Of a stretch of 64,000 bases of DNA, positions 55,745 through 64,000 are shown piece by piece. The notes under the pieces were generated by a model. That model ran no database searches. It worked only from the letters and a program-made list of their open reading frames with translations, and was not told where the DNA came from. The position numbers and the translations under genes are program-made. Numbering within the stretch: position 1 is the first letter of the stretch; each line of letters opens with the position of its first letter. The DNA is from Acholeplasmataceae bacterium. GTDB taxonomy: Bacteria > Bacillota_I > Bacilli_A > Acholeplasmatales > Acholeplasmataceae. The stretch lies in contig OY775910.1 in NCBI GenBank assembly GCA_963675245.1, forward strand, positions 1 to 64,000, read 5' to 3'.

Positions 55745-57601
55745 TCACTTTTTCTCGATATCTGAAGGCATACGGTATTCTCCTCTTGGAGATAAAGACA
55801 TACTTAAAATCTTTGGTCCTTCAGGTAAGGTTGTTCGTTTATATTGTTGACTGTAAAAACGCTTAAAAAAGCGATTTACATAAATTTCTACTTCTTTATC
55901 GTCTAAATCAAAGGCTTTTTTGACCAACCACGATATTTTGTTTTCGTCAGATCCTTGCACTAAATGATGGAATAAAATGAAATCATTGATTTCATATTTA
56001 CCGATTGCACTTTCTGTTTCTTGATTTTCTTTAAGTTCAGGGCTTATAGGTGTGTCTAATATGGTTTGAAGGGTCTCTTTTAAATCATGGTAATGCTGAT
56101 CTCTATGGTAGCCAATCAGTAATTTCACCCATGTCTTTGGTAAACCTGCATTAACAGCATACATGCTTTGTTGATCACCATTATATGTCATCCATCCAAG
56201 TGCTATCTCTGACATATCACCTGTGCCTAAAACAAATCCGCCATATTTATTTGCTAAGTCCATTAAAATCATAGTTCTATATCTTGCTTGTGCATTTTCA
56301 TATGTCACATCAATATCGCTATGATTAATGGTTTTAAGATGTTTTGCAACGTCATCAGCAATTGGTATTTCAAGCATAGTTACCCCAAGACCTTCCATCA
56401 ATTCTAATGCTGATGTTTTAGTCTTTTCGGATGTCGCATGAGCAGGCATCGTTACTGCAATGATATCCTTAGGATCTCTGCCTAACGTAAGTATTGCTTG
56501 ATGTGAGACTAATAATGCGAGTGCTGAATCAAGTCCACCTGATACACCAATAATAATCTTATTTGCAGATTTAGGTAACGATGTCAATTTTTTGATTAAC
56601 CCATAAATTTGTAAATGATTTCCCACTTTAACATCTTCATCAAGATGATTTTTGTTGATGAATGGTGTTTGATCAAGTGGTTTTTCAAATTCATATAGAT
56701 GCGTCTCTAACACATCAAATGGTATGATTTGATAAGTATGTGCGACTTGCATATGCTTATCTCGATATGTGGAGTCTTGTCGTTTTTGATAATTAATACC
56801 TGTCATGTCAAGATCTGCTACCAATAAGTCGTCATTCAAATCAAAAGGTAATGATTCGACTATCATCTCGCCTTGAGCTGCGATTAATTTATGGCTTGAA
56901 TAAACCACTTCGGCTGATGACTCATGATGGCCGGTAGACGTGTAAACATAAGCAGCCATTTGTTTTCTTGAATGATCTAAAACAACGTGTCTTCTTAATT
57001 GTTGCTTGCCGACAAACTCAGAACTAGCTGATAAATTGAATATTAAGTTCGCACCTGCTAAACTCATTTCATCAGATGGTGAATATGTCGCCCAAATATC
57101 TTGACAAATTTCAATCCCAAATCTAACGTGATGTTCCAAATCTTCAAACATCATGTAACCAAATGGTACATCTTGACCCAAAAAGGGAATATGTGTCATC
57201 TTTGTTTCCATACCACTATGAAACCAACGTTTTTCATAAAACTCATGAAAATTAGGTAAATAGTGTTTGGGAATAACACCTAATATTTTGTCTCTTTGGA
57301 TAACGACAGCACAATTATAAAGCACGCCATAAATATCTAGTGCTGCACCTAAAATGTAGACACCTTGATAAGTCGTTTCTTTCATAATTTTTTTAATTGA
57401 GTCATCAGATGCTTTAATAAAAGCTTCTTGGTAAAAAAGATCACTTGCAGAATAACCAGTAACGGTTAATTCAGGAAAGACAGTGATGGATGCTTTTGAC
57501 GTGTTTAATTGTTTTAATATTTCTTTTTGGTTATGTGCAATATTACCAACTTTAATCGCTGGTGTTGCTGCAGCAACCTTTAAAAAACCATACTGATACA
57601 T
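55745..57601 (-). CDS. nadE: Glutamine-dependent NAD+ synthetase
   Basis: Nitrilase-like domain (FPEL, EFYEKRWF, EICQD) plus synthetase domain (SGGLDS, ENAQAR, TPISPEL). Confidence 0.96.
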   Translation of the reverse strand: MYQYGFLKVAAATPAIKVGNIAHNQKEILKQLNTSKASITVFPELTVTGYSASDLFYQEAFIKASDDSIKKIMKETTYQGVYILGAALDIYGVLYNCAVVIQRDKILGVIPKHYLPNFHEFYEKRWFHSGMETKMTHIPFLGQDVPFGYMMFEDLEHHVRFGIEICQDIWATYSPSDEMSLAGANLIFNLSASSEFVGKQQLRRHVVLDHSRKQMAAYVYTSTGHHESSAEVVYSSHKLIAAQGEMIVESLPFDLNDDLLVADLDMTGINYQKRQDSTYRDKHMQVAHTYQIIPFDVLETHLYEFEKPLDQTPFINKNHLDEDVKVGNHLQIYGLIKKLTSLPKSANKIIIGVSGGLDSALALLVSHQAILTLGRDPKDIIAVTMPAHATSEKTKTSALELMEGLGVTMLEIPIADDVAKHLKTINHSDIDVTYENAQARYRTMILMDLANKYGGFVLGTGDMSEIALGWMTYNGDQQSMYAVNAGLPKTWVKLLIGYHRDQHYHDLKETLQTILDTPISPELKENQETESAIGKYEINDFILFHHLVQGSDENKISWLVKKAFDLDDKEVEIYVNRFFKRFYSQQYKRTTLPEGPKILSMSLSPRGEYRMPSDIEKK

Positions 57602-57606
57602 ACTAA

Positions 57607-58167
57607 TTATTCTCCGTATAAATTATTTTCTTTAATATACGCTAAAACGGCTGGATCCAAATGTTTTTCATAACCGTATTTTTTCATTCTTACTTCTGTT
57701 GATGCGGCAGGATGATCAAATTGAATGTATCTAAAATCATGTTCTAATCCTTGTACATAAAATTCTGCATCATCTGGATGCATACTATTACGCATCATGA
57801 TGACAAATGGGTACTTCGCCAATAAGTCTTTATAATTAATCCATGATTCAATTTCAGGTAATTGATCTGACCCAATGACATAACATAAATCATCATATTC
57901 ATTTGAGAGTTTATCAAGACTTGCAAGTGTCCCTTCATAAGGACCTTTTATTTCTAGTTCATTTATAATCACGCGTTCAATACCAAAAAGCGTTATTTTC
58001 AGCATATTAACGCGATGAAAAACATCTATTAGCCCTATTTTTTTATAGTCATTTCCAACTGGAACAACAATAACTTCTGATTGGGGATCTTGCTTGAGTA
58101 ACGTTTCAATAATACGCTTATGTGCTAACGTTGGCGGATTAAATGATCCCCCATAGACATAGATCAT
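57607..58167 (-). CDS. nadD: Nicotinate-nucleotide adenylyltransferase
   Basis: YGGSFNPPTLAH, IGSD, ASTEVR and YIKENNLY motifs. Confidence 0.92.
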   Translation of the reverse strand: MIYVYGGSFNPPTLAHKRIIETLLKQDPQSEVIVVPVGNDYKKIGLIDVFHRVNMLKITLFGIERVIINELEIKGPYEGTLASLDKLSNEYDDLCYVIGSDQLPEIESWINYKDLLAKYPFVIMMRNSMHPDDAEFYVQGLEHDFRYIQFDHPAASTEVRMKKYGYEKHLDPAVLAYIKENNLYGE

Positions 58168-58321
58168 AGCATCACCACTTCTATTATATCATTATTTTGA
58201 GGTCATTAAGCCACTTTATATTACCTGTTTCTTACAATGCATTATTCTTTAAATATATTATAAATATTGATATAATTTAGATAGGTTATGGATAAAGCAT
58301 AACAAAGGAGTGTTGAAGTTT

Positions 58322-58744
58322 ATGGATTTAAAAGAACGATATTATCAAAAAATTAGATCTAAAAAGCTTCGTTTGACAAAAGCACGTCAAGCGATGATTG
58401 AAATCTTAGAAGATAAACATTTAACATTTAAAGAAATTCAGAAAGCATTATCAAGCCGTGGTTTTTATAATGTATCAACGATTTATAATAATTTGGAATT
58501 CTTAGTTGATAATAAAATGGTTGTAGAACTTTATATCAACAATGTTAAATATTACGATCTTGCATTAGATAATCCAATGCATAGCGCTGATTCTCATATT
58601 CATATTATGAATAAGGAAACCAACGAAATTATGGAAATTGTAAGTCCAGAAATTTTTGAGTTCATTCAAAATAATGAACATTTCAAAGATTTAAATCTAG
58701 ACTATATAAGGATCATCATTTCTGCAAGCAAAAAGCGTAAATAA
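58322..58744 (+). CDS. Fur family transcriptional regulator (no cysteines)
   Basis: LRLTKARQAMIEIL, HLT, STIYNNL and HIH motifs; start uncertain (58310, 58313 or 58322). Confidence 0.85.
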   Translation: MDLKERYYQKIRSKKLRLTKARQAMIEILEDKHLTFKEIQKALSSRGFYNVSTIYNNLEFLVDNKMVVELYINNVKYYDLALDNPMHSADSHIHIMNKETNEIMEIVSPEIFEFIQNNEHFKDLNLDYIRIIISASKKRK

Positions 58745-58745
58745 G

Positions 58746-58772
58746 AAAGTGTGACACCGTCACACTTTTTTT
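58746..58772. terminator. Bidirectional terminator
   Basis: AAAGTGTGAC-ACC-GTCACACTTT. Confidence 0.75.
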
Positions 58773-59229
58773 ATGCACTAATTTCACTTGCCCAAGATTT
58801 AGCTTTTTCGACGGCATCTTGAGCAAGTGGTCCTTCTGTACCTTCTACATAATAATAAGTACTCTCTATCTTTTTAAAACCTAATTTAACAAATTGCTTG
58901 GTCATTGCATCATTTGCGTAACCAAACTTTTTTACCATAAATCCTAATAAATTGTTATCTTGTTTGTCGACATCAATTCTTGTGTCAAATATCGCAACTT
59001 TCTCAATATGATGATTGACATTTTTCAAACTCTTAATAAATTTAAGAATAATTTTAGAAGCGGTAAAAGCGCGAGTGGGTGAACCCACTATTAATATAGA
59101 TAAGTCTCTTAATAAGTCAAGCGATATCTCATCAATACGAACCGCTTTAGTATGTAGTGTATCAGCAATCGTTTGAGCAATCTTTTCAGTGTTTCCAAAC
59201 ACTGAGTCATATACAACTAAAGATGTCAT
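58771..59229 (-). CDS. Flavodoxin family protein
   Basis: YDSVFGNTEKIA, GSPT and FDTR motifs. Confidence 0.9.
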   Translation of the reverse strand: MTSLVVYDSVFGNTEKIAQTIADTLHTKAVRIDEISLDLLRDLSILIVGSPTRAFTASKIILKFIKSLKNVNHHIEKVAIFDTRIDVDKQDNNLLGFMVKKFGYANDAMTKQFVKLGFKKIESTYYYVEGTEGPLAQDAVEKAKSWASEISA

Positions 59230-59237
59230 AAATCCTC

Positions 59238-60131
59238 CTATTTACGTTCAGCTACTCTTAATTTAGCTGATCTAGATCTTGAATTTTCTGCCATCTCTTC
59301 ATCACTAGGATAGATTGGTTTTTTTGTGATGATATTAAGTGTTGTCAAATCCACTGGCAGAATGGGTAAATTTTTTGGTATATGCATTTCACTGTTTTCT
59401 TTAAAAAAGTGTTTAACAATGCGATCTTCTAATGAATGAAATGTAATAATTGAGAATCTACCTCCAGGATTTAACATGTCATGTGCATCTTTTAATACGT
59501 TCTCTAAAGCATCTAGTTCACCATTAACAGCAATACGTAATGCTTGGAATACACGTTTAGCACTATGTCCTTTTTGCTTATAATTTACTTCATCGCATAT
59601 ATGTACTAATTCACTTGTCATTTCTAATGGTCTTTTACTGAGAATGCGAGAAGCAATCTTCCAACTGTTTTTTTCTTCACCATAAACATAAAAGATTCTT
59701 GCTAATTCTTCTTCAGAATAAGTATTTATGATATCTTTTGCTGATAATGTTTGTTCTGGATTCATTCTCATATCAAGATGCGCATTTCTAATATATGAAA
59801 AACCTCTTGAAGCATCATCAATTTGAAATGAAGATAATCCTAAGTCTAATAGGATACCGTCAATCTTTTTGATGCCCAATTGATGAAGTTCATGTTTTAA
59901 ATCCTTAAAGTTGGCATGAATATAAGTGACACGTTCATCACTTAAGAATTTTTTTGCATAATCGATGGCAAATTGATCTTGATCAAAAGTAATAAGTCTC
60001 CCTGTAGTCAAGTGTTTAAGTATTTCTTTAGAATGACCACCACCACCTAGTGTACCATCAACATAAATACCATCAGGTTTGATATTTAAACCATTCACAG
60101 TTTCATTTTTTAATACCGTCACATGTTTCAT
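59238..60131 (-). CDS. rsmH: 16S rRNA m4C1402 methyltransferase
   Basis: HVTVL, DGTLGGGGHS, DLGLSS, LDMRM, FQALRIAVN, FHSLEDR and SRSAKLR motifs. Confidence 0.97.
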   Translation of the reverse strand: MKHVTVLKNETVNGLNIKPDGIYVDGTLGGGGHSKEILKHLTTGRLITFDQDQFAIDYAKKFLSDERVTYIHANFKDLKHELHQLGIKKIDGILLDLGLSSFQIDDASRGFSYIRNAHLDMRMNPEQTLSAKDIINTYSEEELARIFYVYGEEKNSWKIASRILSKRPLEMTSELVHICDEVNYKQKGHSAKRVFQALRIAVNGELDALENVLKDAHDMLNPGGRFSIITFHSLEDRIVKHFFKENSEMHIPKNLPILPVDLTTLNIITKKPIYPSDEEMAENSRSRSAKLRVAERK

Positions 60132-60167
60132 CAGCCATACTTCCCTTCTATATACATTATACCAAAG

Positions 60168-60196
60168 AAAAAGGTGCTCTTAAGCACCCTTTCTTT
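60168..60196 (-). terminator. Terminator after rpmF
   Basis: GGTGCT-CTTA-AGCACC with an A-tract on the plus strand. Confidence 0.65.
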
Positions 60197-60387
60197 TAAT
60201 CCTCTTTGGATTCCTTTGTAGCTAATACTTTCTGACCCTTGTAGTATCCGCTATTTGGCGTTACACGGTGTGGTAATGTGAATTCACCCGTTTGTGGGCA
60301 AACCACTAAAGCTGGCGCAGTTAATTTATAATGCGTTCTTCTTTTACGTTTACGTGCTTTACCTGTTCGACGAAATGGAACAGCCAT
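60196..60387 (-). CDS. rpmF: 50S ribosomal protein L32
   Basis: [21 protein letters not shown] and GYYKG motifs. Confidence 0.97.
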   Translation of the reverse strand: MAVPFRRTGKARKRKRRTHYKLTAPALVVCPQTGEFTLPHRVTPNSGYYKGQKVLATKESKED

Positions 60388-60831
60388 TCAGTCACCTCCT
60401 ATTTTTTTCAAGAATTGTTCAAGATCAGCAAATGCAGGATGTGGACTTTTCTTTTTATTAAATTCCAATTTTTGTGCATCCGGATGATAAACAACGAGTG
60501 GCTTTTCTGAGAGAATATAGCCAAATATAATATCCGAGAATGGGATTTGATCTTCTAAGACAAAATCCGCATCTTCATCATTACCAAATATAATTGTTTC
60601 TTTCGCTTCCATGTGATAACTCACTGGTTTCAGTGTTTTAGCACATGCTAATGTCATGTCAACTTCAATCACAACTTCCATGGTCAGAAGGTCATTGTGA
60701 AACGTCATGTCAGCATGAACTTTAGCTGGTTTAATCGCAATCATATCAGGTATGTTCTCAATAGCATCATGATAATCGTAGATGAGAGATATTGAGGGCT
60801 TGTCTCTTAAATCTTTCAAAGCTAATTTCAT
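60388..60831 (-). CDS. YceD/DUF177 family protein
   Basis: Conserved position upstream of rpmF; MTLACAKTLKP and PAFADL motifs. Confidence 0.85.
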   Translation of the reverse strand: MKLALKDLRDKPSISLIYDYHDAIENIPDMIAIKPAKVHADMTFHNDLLTMEVVIEVDMTLACAKTLKPVSYHMEAKETIIFGNDEDADFVLEDQIPFSDIIFGYILSEKPLVVYHPDAQKLEFNKKKSPHPAFADLEQFLKKIGGD

Positions 60832-60898
60832 AAAAACACCTCAACGAAAGTATTATACATGATGGGTATATAAAAGTCAACGAAATAAGGTAGTTATC

Positions 60899-62281
60899 CT
60901 ATACTTTGCTCGCTCTAATACGTTCTTTTAACATTTGTAAGACATTTTGTTCTTTTTCACTAAGTAGTGGTTGCTCTAGTGGTTGGCTATCCAAGCGTTG
61001 ATTACGTAAATGAATAAGGAATTTTTGATTGTTTGATAGTGTAAGTTCTGCGTTTAGAACTGAGTATTTTGGACGTGTATCATTATCAAATTTAATGGAT
61101 GTTTCTACTGAAATTACATCAAAATAATTAAATTCTTGTGCACGATCATGTCCAATATATCCACTACGGTGATCAATATTGCATTGATAGATAAACAGTG
61201 TTTCTTTACCATAATATAAAATAGTGACGTATGCCTGATCGAAATAAAGTTTATTTTCACCATCTTTTTCAACTTCTAAATGATACTTGACTTCATCTCT
61301 ATTTGAAAAAGAATCTGGTACAGTAATTAAGACTTGTTGATAATAGTCTTTTTCATTAATACCTAATAATGATTTAGCTCTTTTCTGAGCTTCAAAATAA
61401 TCTTTTTTAATAAGGACATCAATTTGACCTTTAGCCTTTGCTTTAAGATGTTTAAATATTTTATTTGTATATTTAATGCGATTTTTAAAAAGTTTTTCTC
61501 CAACTTCGTTTGATTCCTTATATTTTGTTGGTTTGACTTTTCTTGGTGCTTTGATCTTTATACCCTTTTCTTCTTCAAGAACCAATTTTTCATCAATTAG
61601 TGGTAGATCTTCTTCAACTACTTCTGCAACTTTCTTATCTGAATGCTTGACAAAATAGATGATGGTAACTATAAAAGGTACAACAAACGGGACGCTGACT
61701 AATGCTGCTTCAACGTAAGTGTAAGTGAGGAAGTACCATGCTGCTACACCAGCAAGAATACCTAGTATATAGTAAACGAATGAAACGATAACAATAACGT
61801 GCTTTACTTTAGCATTCATAGGAATGACAAAGAGAATACCTGTGATAAGTAACAAACCTGCTACACCGATAGTGTAAAGATCCATTGTTGCTAATAGTTC
61901 TAAATACTGAACAACGATGCCTAATGCACCAAATAAAATAGCAAAAATAGCAACTAAAATAAGCACTTGCGTACCTTTAGGCTCAATAATTCCTTCTTCA
62001 GGTTCAAGCATGAGTTTCTTGCGAATAGCAGGAACGTCTTCTTTAACCTTTTTAGGTTCTTTAGGTGTTTTCTCTTTTTTAACTTTTTCAGGTTTCTTTT
62101 TAGGTGCTTTTGATTCAGGTGTCACCATTTTCTTAGTTGATGATTCTACTACTTCATCAGGTGATTCCTTTGGTTGTTCTAGATCAGCTTCAGGTTGTAC
62201 GTCAACTTCAACTTTAGTAGCTTCTCCTTCAACCTTCTCATTTTCATTGATTACCGCTTCTTTTTTCTTTTCATCAGCCAT
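60899..62281 (-). CDS. Hypothetical membrane protein (charged disordered N-terminus, 4 TM, soluble C-terminal domain)
   Basis: 460-aa ORF with RBS and promoter; E/K/P-rich first 100 aa. Confidence 0.8.
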   Translation of the reverse strand: MADEKKKEAVINENEKVEGEATKVEVDVQPEADLEQPKESPDEVVESSTKKMVTPESKAPKKKPEKVKKEKTPKEPKKVKEDVPAIRKKLMLEPEEGIIEPKGTQVLILVAIFAILFGALGIVVQYLELLATMDLYTIGVAGLLLITGILFVIPMNAKVKHVIVIVSFVYYILGILAGVAAWYFLTYTYVEAALVSVPFVVPFIVTIIYFVKHSDKKVAEVVEEDLPLIDEKLVLEEEKGIKIKAPRKVKPTKYKESNEVGEKLFKNRIKYTNKIFKHLKAKAKGQIDVLIKKDYFEAQKRAKSLLGINEKDYYQQVLITVPDSFSNRDEVKYHLEVEKDGENKLYFDQAYVTILYYGKETLFIYQCNIDHRSGYIGHDRAQEFNYFDVISVETSIKFDNDTRPKYSVLNAELTLSNNQKFLIHLRNQRLDSQPLEQPLLSEKEQNVLQMLKERIRASKV

Positions 62282-62369
62282 AACATAACCACCCCTTCAT
62301 TTACACTTTAATTGTATAAAAATTATATAAATTAGTCAAATAGAAATACTAGAAAATCGCATAATAACG

Positions 62370-63356
62370 CTAAATCAGTGTACCACTAATTAAAAGTTCA
62401 GCAAATGCATCTTTATCGACGTCTAATATATAGCTTGAAATATCATGTGTTGATAAGATCTTCTTAAGATTCTCTTTTGTATAGACCTGATCTTTAAATA
62501 CATCTTCAAACGCTGATAAATCTTTTGTGTCGAAGAAATCACCTTGTAATGACATATGCTTAATTAAGCCATCATGTAGATCAAGTTGAATTTCAAATAA
62601 ACCGCCAGGAATTCTTTTCTTTAATAATTTTGTATAAGCTGGTTGTTGTTGATAGATCCATTCTTTGGTTTCATATTTTTTCGCCATCTCTTTAATGTGT
62701 AAAACTTCTTCATCCGATAACTCATATGTCTGATTTGTCATCGTATTTTCCCAATGTTTAATAAGCGCTTCTTGAGACATGCCTTTGAGATATGGTTTTA
62801 AATTGGTCACTCTAGAAGTGACAGAATTAATTCCTTTCGAAACGAGTTTTTCATCAGATGGTGTAATAGCTCTAACCATCGTTTCTAGATCACAATCATA
62901 TAAAAATGTGCCATGCATTAACATACCATGCTTATTTTGGAGAAAAGCATTTCCTGAGATTTTCTTACCTTCATAGAGTAAATCATTTCGACCACTAAAA
63001 GTAATTGGAACTCCTAGTAAAGCCATTGAATCGATAACTCTGGATAGATAAGTTTTAAATGAAAAGTTTTTATTTGTTCGTTTTGTTACAATCGAAAACA
63101 TCGTATTTCGATGATCCGCATATACACATCCACCACCTGTTGGACGTCTGTAAATATCAATATTATTTTCTTTCAAATAGTCTAAATTCACTTCATTTTC
63201 AATCACTTGATTTTTACCTATAACAACCCCGTGAATTTCCCATGTGAAAAAATAAGTCTCGTCATCTTTCAATAACGTATTTAAAACATATTCTTCTAAT
63301 GCAAAATAGAAATAAGGTTTTAAATGACCTTCATTATGATGTCTGATTAATATCAT
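62370..63356 (-). CDS. lplA: Lipoate-protein ligase A
   Basis: ALEEY, IGKNQ, RRPTGGGCVY, RND, KKISGNA, HGT and KGINSV.SRVTN motifs. Confidence 0.95.
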   Translation of the reverse strand: MILIRHHNEGHLKPYFYFALEEYVLNTLLKDDETYFFTWEIHGVVIGKNQVIENEVNLDYLKENNIDIYRRPTGGGCVYADHRNTMFSIVTKRTNKNFSFKTYLSRVIDSMALLGVPITFSGRNDLLYEGKKISGNAFLQNKHGMLMHGTFLYDCDLETMVRAITPSDEKLVSKGINSVTSRVTNLKPYLKGMSQEALIKHWENTMTNQTYELSDEEVLHIKEMAKKYETKEWIYQQQPAYTKLLKKRIPGGLFEIQLDLHDGLIKHMSLQGDFFDTKDLSAFEDVFKDQVYTKENLKKILSTHDISSYILDVDKDAFAELLISGTLI

Positions 63357-63424
63357 AATAACCTCCAATATGCGTATCCTATCTTCATTATACCAAAACC
63401 AAAAAAAACGACCAATTTATATAC

Positions 63425-63448
63425 AAAAAAAAGAGGCTAAGCCTCTTT
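63425..63448 (-). terminator. Terminator after dnaJ
   Basis: AAAGAGGC-TAA-GCCTCTTT with an A-tract on the plus strand. Confidence 0.75.
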
Positions 63449-63449
63449 A

Positions 63450-64000
63450 TTATTTAAATAAGTTTTTGAATTTTTGCCAATTTGAAGATTTATTCTTTTC
63501 TTCAAGTGTAGCAAGTTCTTCATATAATTTCTTCTCTTTTGCTGTGATATTCTTAGGCATCTCAACATCTACAACGACATGTTGATCACCTTTTCTCTTG
63601 GTTCTAACATTAGCAATACCTTTTTCTCGCATGCGAAGAACAGTACCTGGTTGTGTACCTGAAGGTATTTTTAAGTTAACGTCACCATAAATCGTAGGAA
63701 TATCAATTTGTGCCCCTAATACTGCTTGAGATACGGTGATTGGTACATTTAAGATAATATCGTCATTTCTACGTTTAAAGACTTTATGTGGTCGCACGCG
63801 AAAGTTCAAGTAAAGATCTCCCGTATCGCCACCATTCTTGCCACCATTACCATATCCTGCTACTTTTAATGACATATTATTATCTACACCGGCAGGAATA
63901 TTGACATCGACTGATTTATGCGTCCTAACTTGTCCATTGCCATGGCATACTTTACATGCATTTTTGATGATTTTCCCTTTACCACCACAAACAGGACAGA
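63450..64000 (-). CDS. dnaJ: Chaperone DnaJ, C-terminal part (5' end outside the window)
   Basis: The frame stays open to the window edge: CPVCGGKG and CKVCHGNG zinc-finger repeats, IPAGVD, GDLY, AVLGA and IPSGTQ motifs. Confidence 0.97.
   Translation of the reverse strand, partial: CPVCGGKGKIIKNACKVCHGNGQVRTHKSVDVNIPAGVDNNMSLKVAGYGNGGKNGGDTGDLYLNFRVRPHKVFKRRNDDIILNVPITVSQAVLGAQIDIPTIYGDVNLKIPSGTQPGTVLRMREKGIANVRTKRKGDQHVVVDVEMPKNITAKEKKLYEELATLEEKNKSSNWQKFKNLFK

Noticed and set aside
58240..58300. Fur/PerR box upstream of the Fur-family gene
   Set aside because: The similarity is no better than expected in very AT-rich DNA.
1..64000. CRISPR array, rRNA/tRNA genes, retron or DGR, toxin-antitoxin or anti-phage defence system
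   Set aside because: I saw no repeat-spacer arrays, cloverleafs, reverse transcriptase or defence-type nuclease/ATPase motifs, and all intergenic regions are under about 270 bp. A tRNAscan, Rfam or DefenseFinder run would be the formal check.

Overview
AT-rich chromosomal segment of a probable wall-less, Acholeplasma-like Mollicute (Acholeplasmatales/Izemoplasmatales type; inference). It uses genetic code 11: TGA ends genes such as ispH and glgA, and Trp is TGG. rsmH lies next to rpmF with no mraZ/ftsL/PBP context. About 60 genes are present, roughly three quarters on the minus strand. Housekeeping and metabolic genes: purB (partial)-purA, cshB-nfo, ispH, dinB, nusB-xseAB-dxs-tlyA-recN, potABCD, guaC, pheA, ald, glgAC, nadD-nadE-mnmA-recD2, rsmH, yceD-rpmF, lplA, dnaJ (partial). 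A central block (about 17-42 kb) holds regulator/exporter/detoxification modules: TetR-ABC, PadR-HAAS, ABC-ABC-MarR, TetR-GNAT/MMPL, a four-domain CoA-persulfide reductase fusion and an Mhq-like dioxygenase-esterase pair. I found no rRNA, tRNA, CRISPR array, IS element, integrase, phage gene or recognisable defence system. I cannot point to one clearly new system. The best leads are a structured, terminator-rich 260-bp leader before two orphan membrane genes (32.2-32.4 kb), a NUDIX-HD fusion, a doubly anchored PotD with a structured potA leader, a possible RBS-sequestering leader at 41.3 kb, and an E. coli-type GuaC with an insertion. All family assignments come from motif recognition by eye, not database searches.
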